From positions 104,222,001 through 104,286,000 of the forward strand of contig OZ320314.1 in the NCBI GenBank assembly GCA_976226885.1: a DNA stretch of 64,000 nucleotides. Reading direction: 5' to 3'. Each line of letters starts with the position of its first letter. Position 1 is the stretch's first letter. The position numbers and the translations under genes are program-made. Positions 61,877 to 64,000 of this stretch are shown in pieces. Source of the DNA: Iphione sp. A-MEVVRFRX5 (taxonomy: Eukaryota). The notes under the pieces were generated by a model, which was not told the origin of the DNA, did not search any database, and was given only the letters and a program-made list of their open reading frames with translations.

Positions 61877-64000
61877 TACATGTACATATATAATAAATCT
61901 TTATTTGACATCCACATTTAACATTGTCTATTGGGACAACACAGTCACCAATAAGCTGTAAGATGCCTAATATAATAAGATGCCTAAGTTGTAATGCCGA
62001 TACCAAATAATACTTCAGTGACCATATTCACAAATTATCCTTGAACGGGCTTTTCTCCAACTCACGGCAAATGGTATGGAATGGACAGTAATTCGTTGTG
62101 TGTACATAGAAAATTCATTAAAATTTATCAAATTATCTGAACTTCTAAATTGGTCCCATGGGAAACCATAATAGCACTTTGCTGTCAATTGAAATCGATT
62201 AATTGCCTTGAAGTATGAATTCCGAGCTCCCGTATATATGAAAGACGGGTTTTCGCTAAATGACTATAATTATTTGAATAGAAATTTATATTAGTATTCG
62301 AAATTACTATTAGTATTTGAAATATCTTTCAGAGAAAATTTGATATGATTCACGACTCGTTTACTCCCCGTGCAAATGGTCAGTATAATTTAGTGGTAGA
62401 GCTCTAGATCATCTATGTAACAGAGTATCCATATGATGGGCCCTGTATCGGGTTTTGCAGGGTACGGACAACAAAATGGAACAGGTACGGGAACAGATAT
62501 GCACAGAAGGGGATTTCGGGGTCCGATTGCAATTCATCACTTTACTTTCAATCTCCATTCAGAGAGTCGAACTTGCGATGCCCCGAGTTGCCCAAATTAA
62601 TCTTTCAACATCTACACTCGTAAACATTCTACTAGACTGCATCTTGATTGTATGGGACCATTTGAGGAGATGTCCAGATCATAATGGTCTGCATGTGTGT
62701 GTGTGTCCCTAGCCCATTGCTAGGCCTGGCCACCAACAATGAAGGTTCAGGAGAGCCAACATGGATGATGTTCTAGAGATTGACAAGAATAAATTTGGAG
62801 CCGGCAGACCAGCGTAGCGTATTATCTACCTCATCTACATCAAAAGGCACTTAAATAATTAGGCGGGTGACCGGGGCAACAAGGAGGACGCATCAGGGGG
62901 AATCAAATATGCATCACGAGCCATACATTGTAAATGTTGATCATACGATAACGCAGACTAGGCAAGTGCTTTTTATTTCCATTCCATGGTTGAAAAAAAA
63001 AACATAAACTGGGTTCCCATACAATGAAAAACAAGTTCAAACAAGGGATTCAATTGTCGCTCATTGGATGTTCTTTAGATTTTATCAACGTTCAGGACCT
63101 TTCTCTTCATCTAAAGTGTAAAGTGTACAAATCGAGGGGATAAGAACATTCTATCATTAGACCTAGAAAGAACCATGAAGACACATCATATCCATAACAT
63201 TCAGTGCTCCTCTAAAGCTACCGTTCTGTATTGGCCCATTTTTCCCACGTTAATAAAACATTTCCTTCGTTGAATGTTCCAACCTTGTGTCACACCAAAA
63301 CATGTGTTGCATACAAATTATTGGGGGACCTAGTACTGTTTCTTTAAAAATAATTTCTCATTCACTTTGCTTCTTTGGTAACTAACGAATAACAAATTAT
63401 GTTGCATTTCAGTTGCGAACACATCGATGATTAAGCTTATGATTAAAATTGCAAAGTTTGATACCAATGAGTCGATTTAAGCTTTCTAGGAAAGTGTCAT
63501 CTTAAAACGGTTAATGAATTCTCTCCTTTATCTTCATATATTCCTCGTCTGCACTATATACGTATCCCTCTTCCCTTACGAAGGAGGACAACCAGTTGAC
63601 AATGAATTGTCGTCTTCATGTCTGAGCTGCCCGTCATACATATACATAGGGGCTCTATGAAATTCCGTTTTAGTTCTAAATAAAAACCACGGGATCACAT
63701 CATAAAACTTTACGTGGCAAGCAATGTTCCCACAGGAAGGGTAACAATTAATATGATAACAATGGAGACGCACACCTTCTTAATATTACTCAGATGGGAC
63801 ACATCAATAGAACACATCTGCTCACGGAAAGATATACATGTAGTATAGTAGTATATGTATATTGCTATATATTGTTACTGCTGCATCAAATGTGGCAATG
63901 TGCTCACGCCGTTCAAATAAACACCTCTAGGGCACCGACCCACGACCAAACTTACCCACAGACGTACAACCACAACTCTGGCAGTCCTAGGTGCAGGAGG

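Overview
Eukaryotic (animal) genomic DNA that is repeat-rich and essentially gene-free, with one assembly gap (31638-31965). The composition, the abundant TACATGTA octamers and the repeat types suggest an invertebrate such as a lancelet (Branchiostoma-like); this is inference, not a database result. I cannot support any intact protein-coding gene, RNA gene or CRISPR array. Well supported: a truncated non-LTR (CR1/L2-type) reverse-transcriptase fragment (38530-39206, minus); two copies of a TTAA-flanked Kolobok-like non-autonomous element; four TWA-flanked PIF/Harbinger-like MITEs; six TA-flanked pogo/Tigger-like MITEs; many micro- and minisatellites. Weaker: several ancient LINE-like coding remnants, one unassigned decayed reading frame, isolated candidate exons and promoters, and CpG-rich non-coding islands carrying homeodomain-type motifs. 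The most unusual observations are (i) one 31-bp minisatellite cassette carried inside TA-MITEs with different terminal repeats, (ii) a three-layer transposon stack at 31-32.7 kb, and (iii) strong TACATGTA enrichment, which may represent transposon excision footprints.
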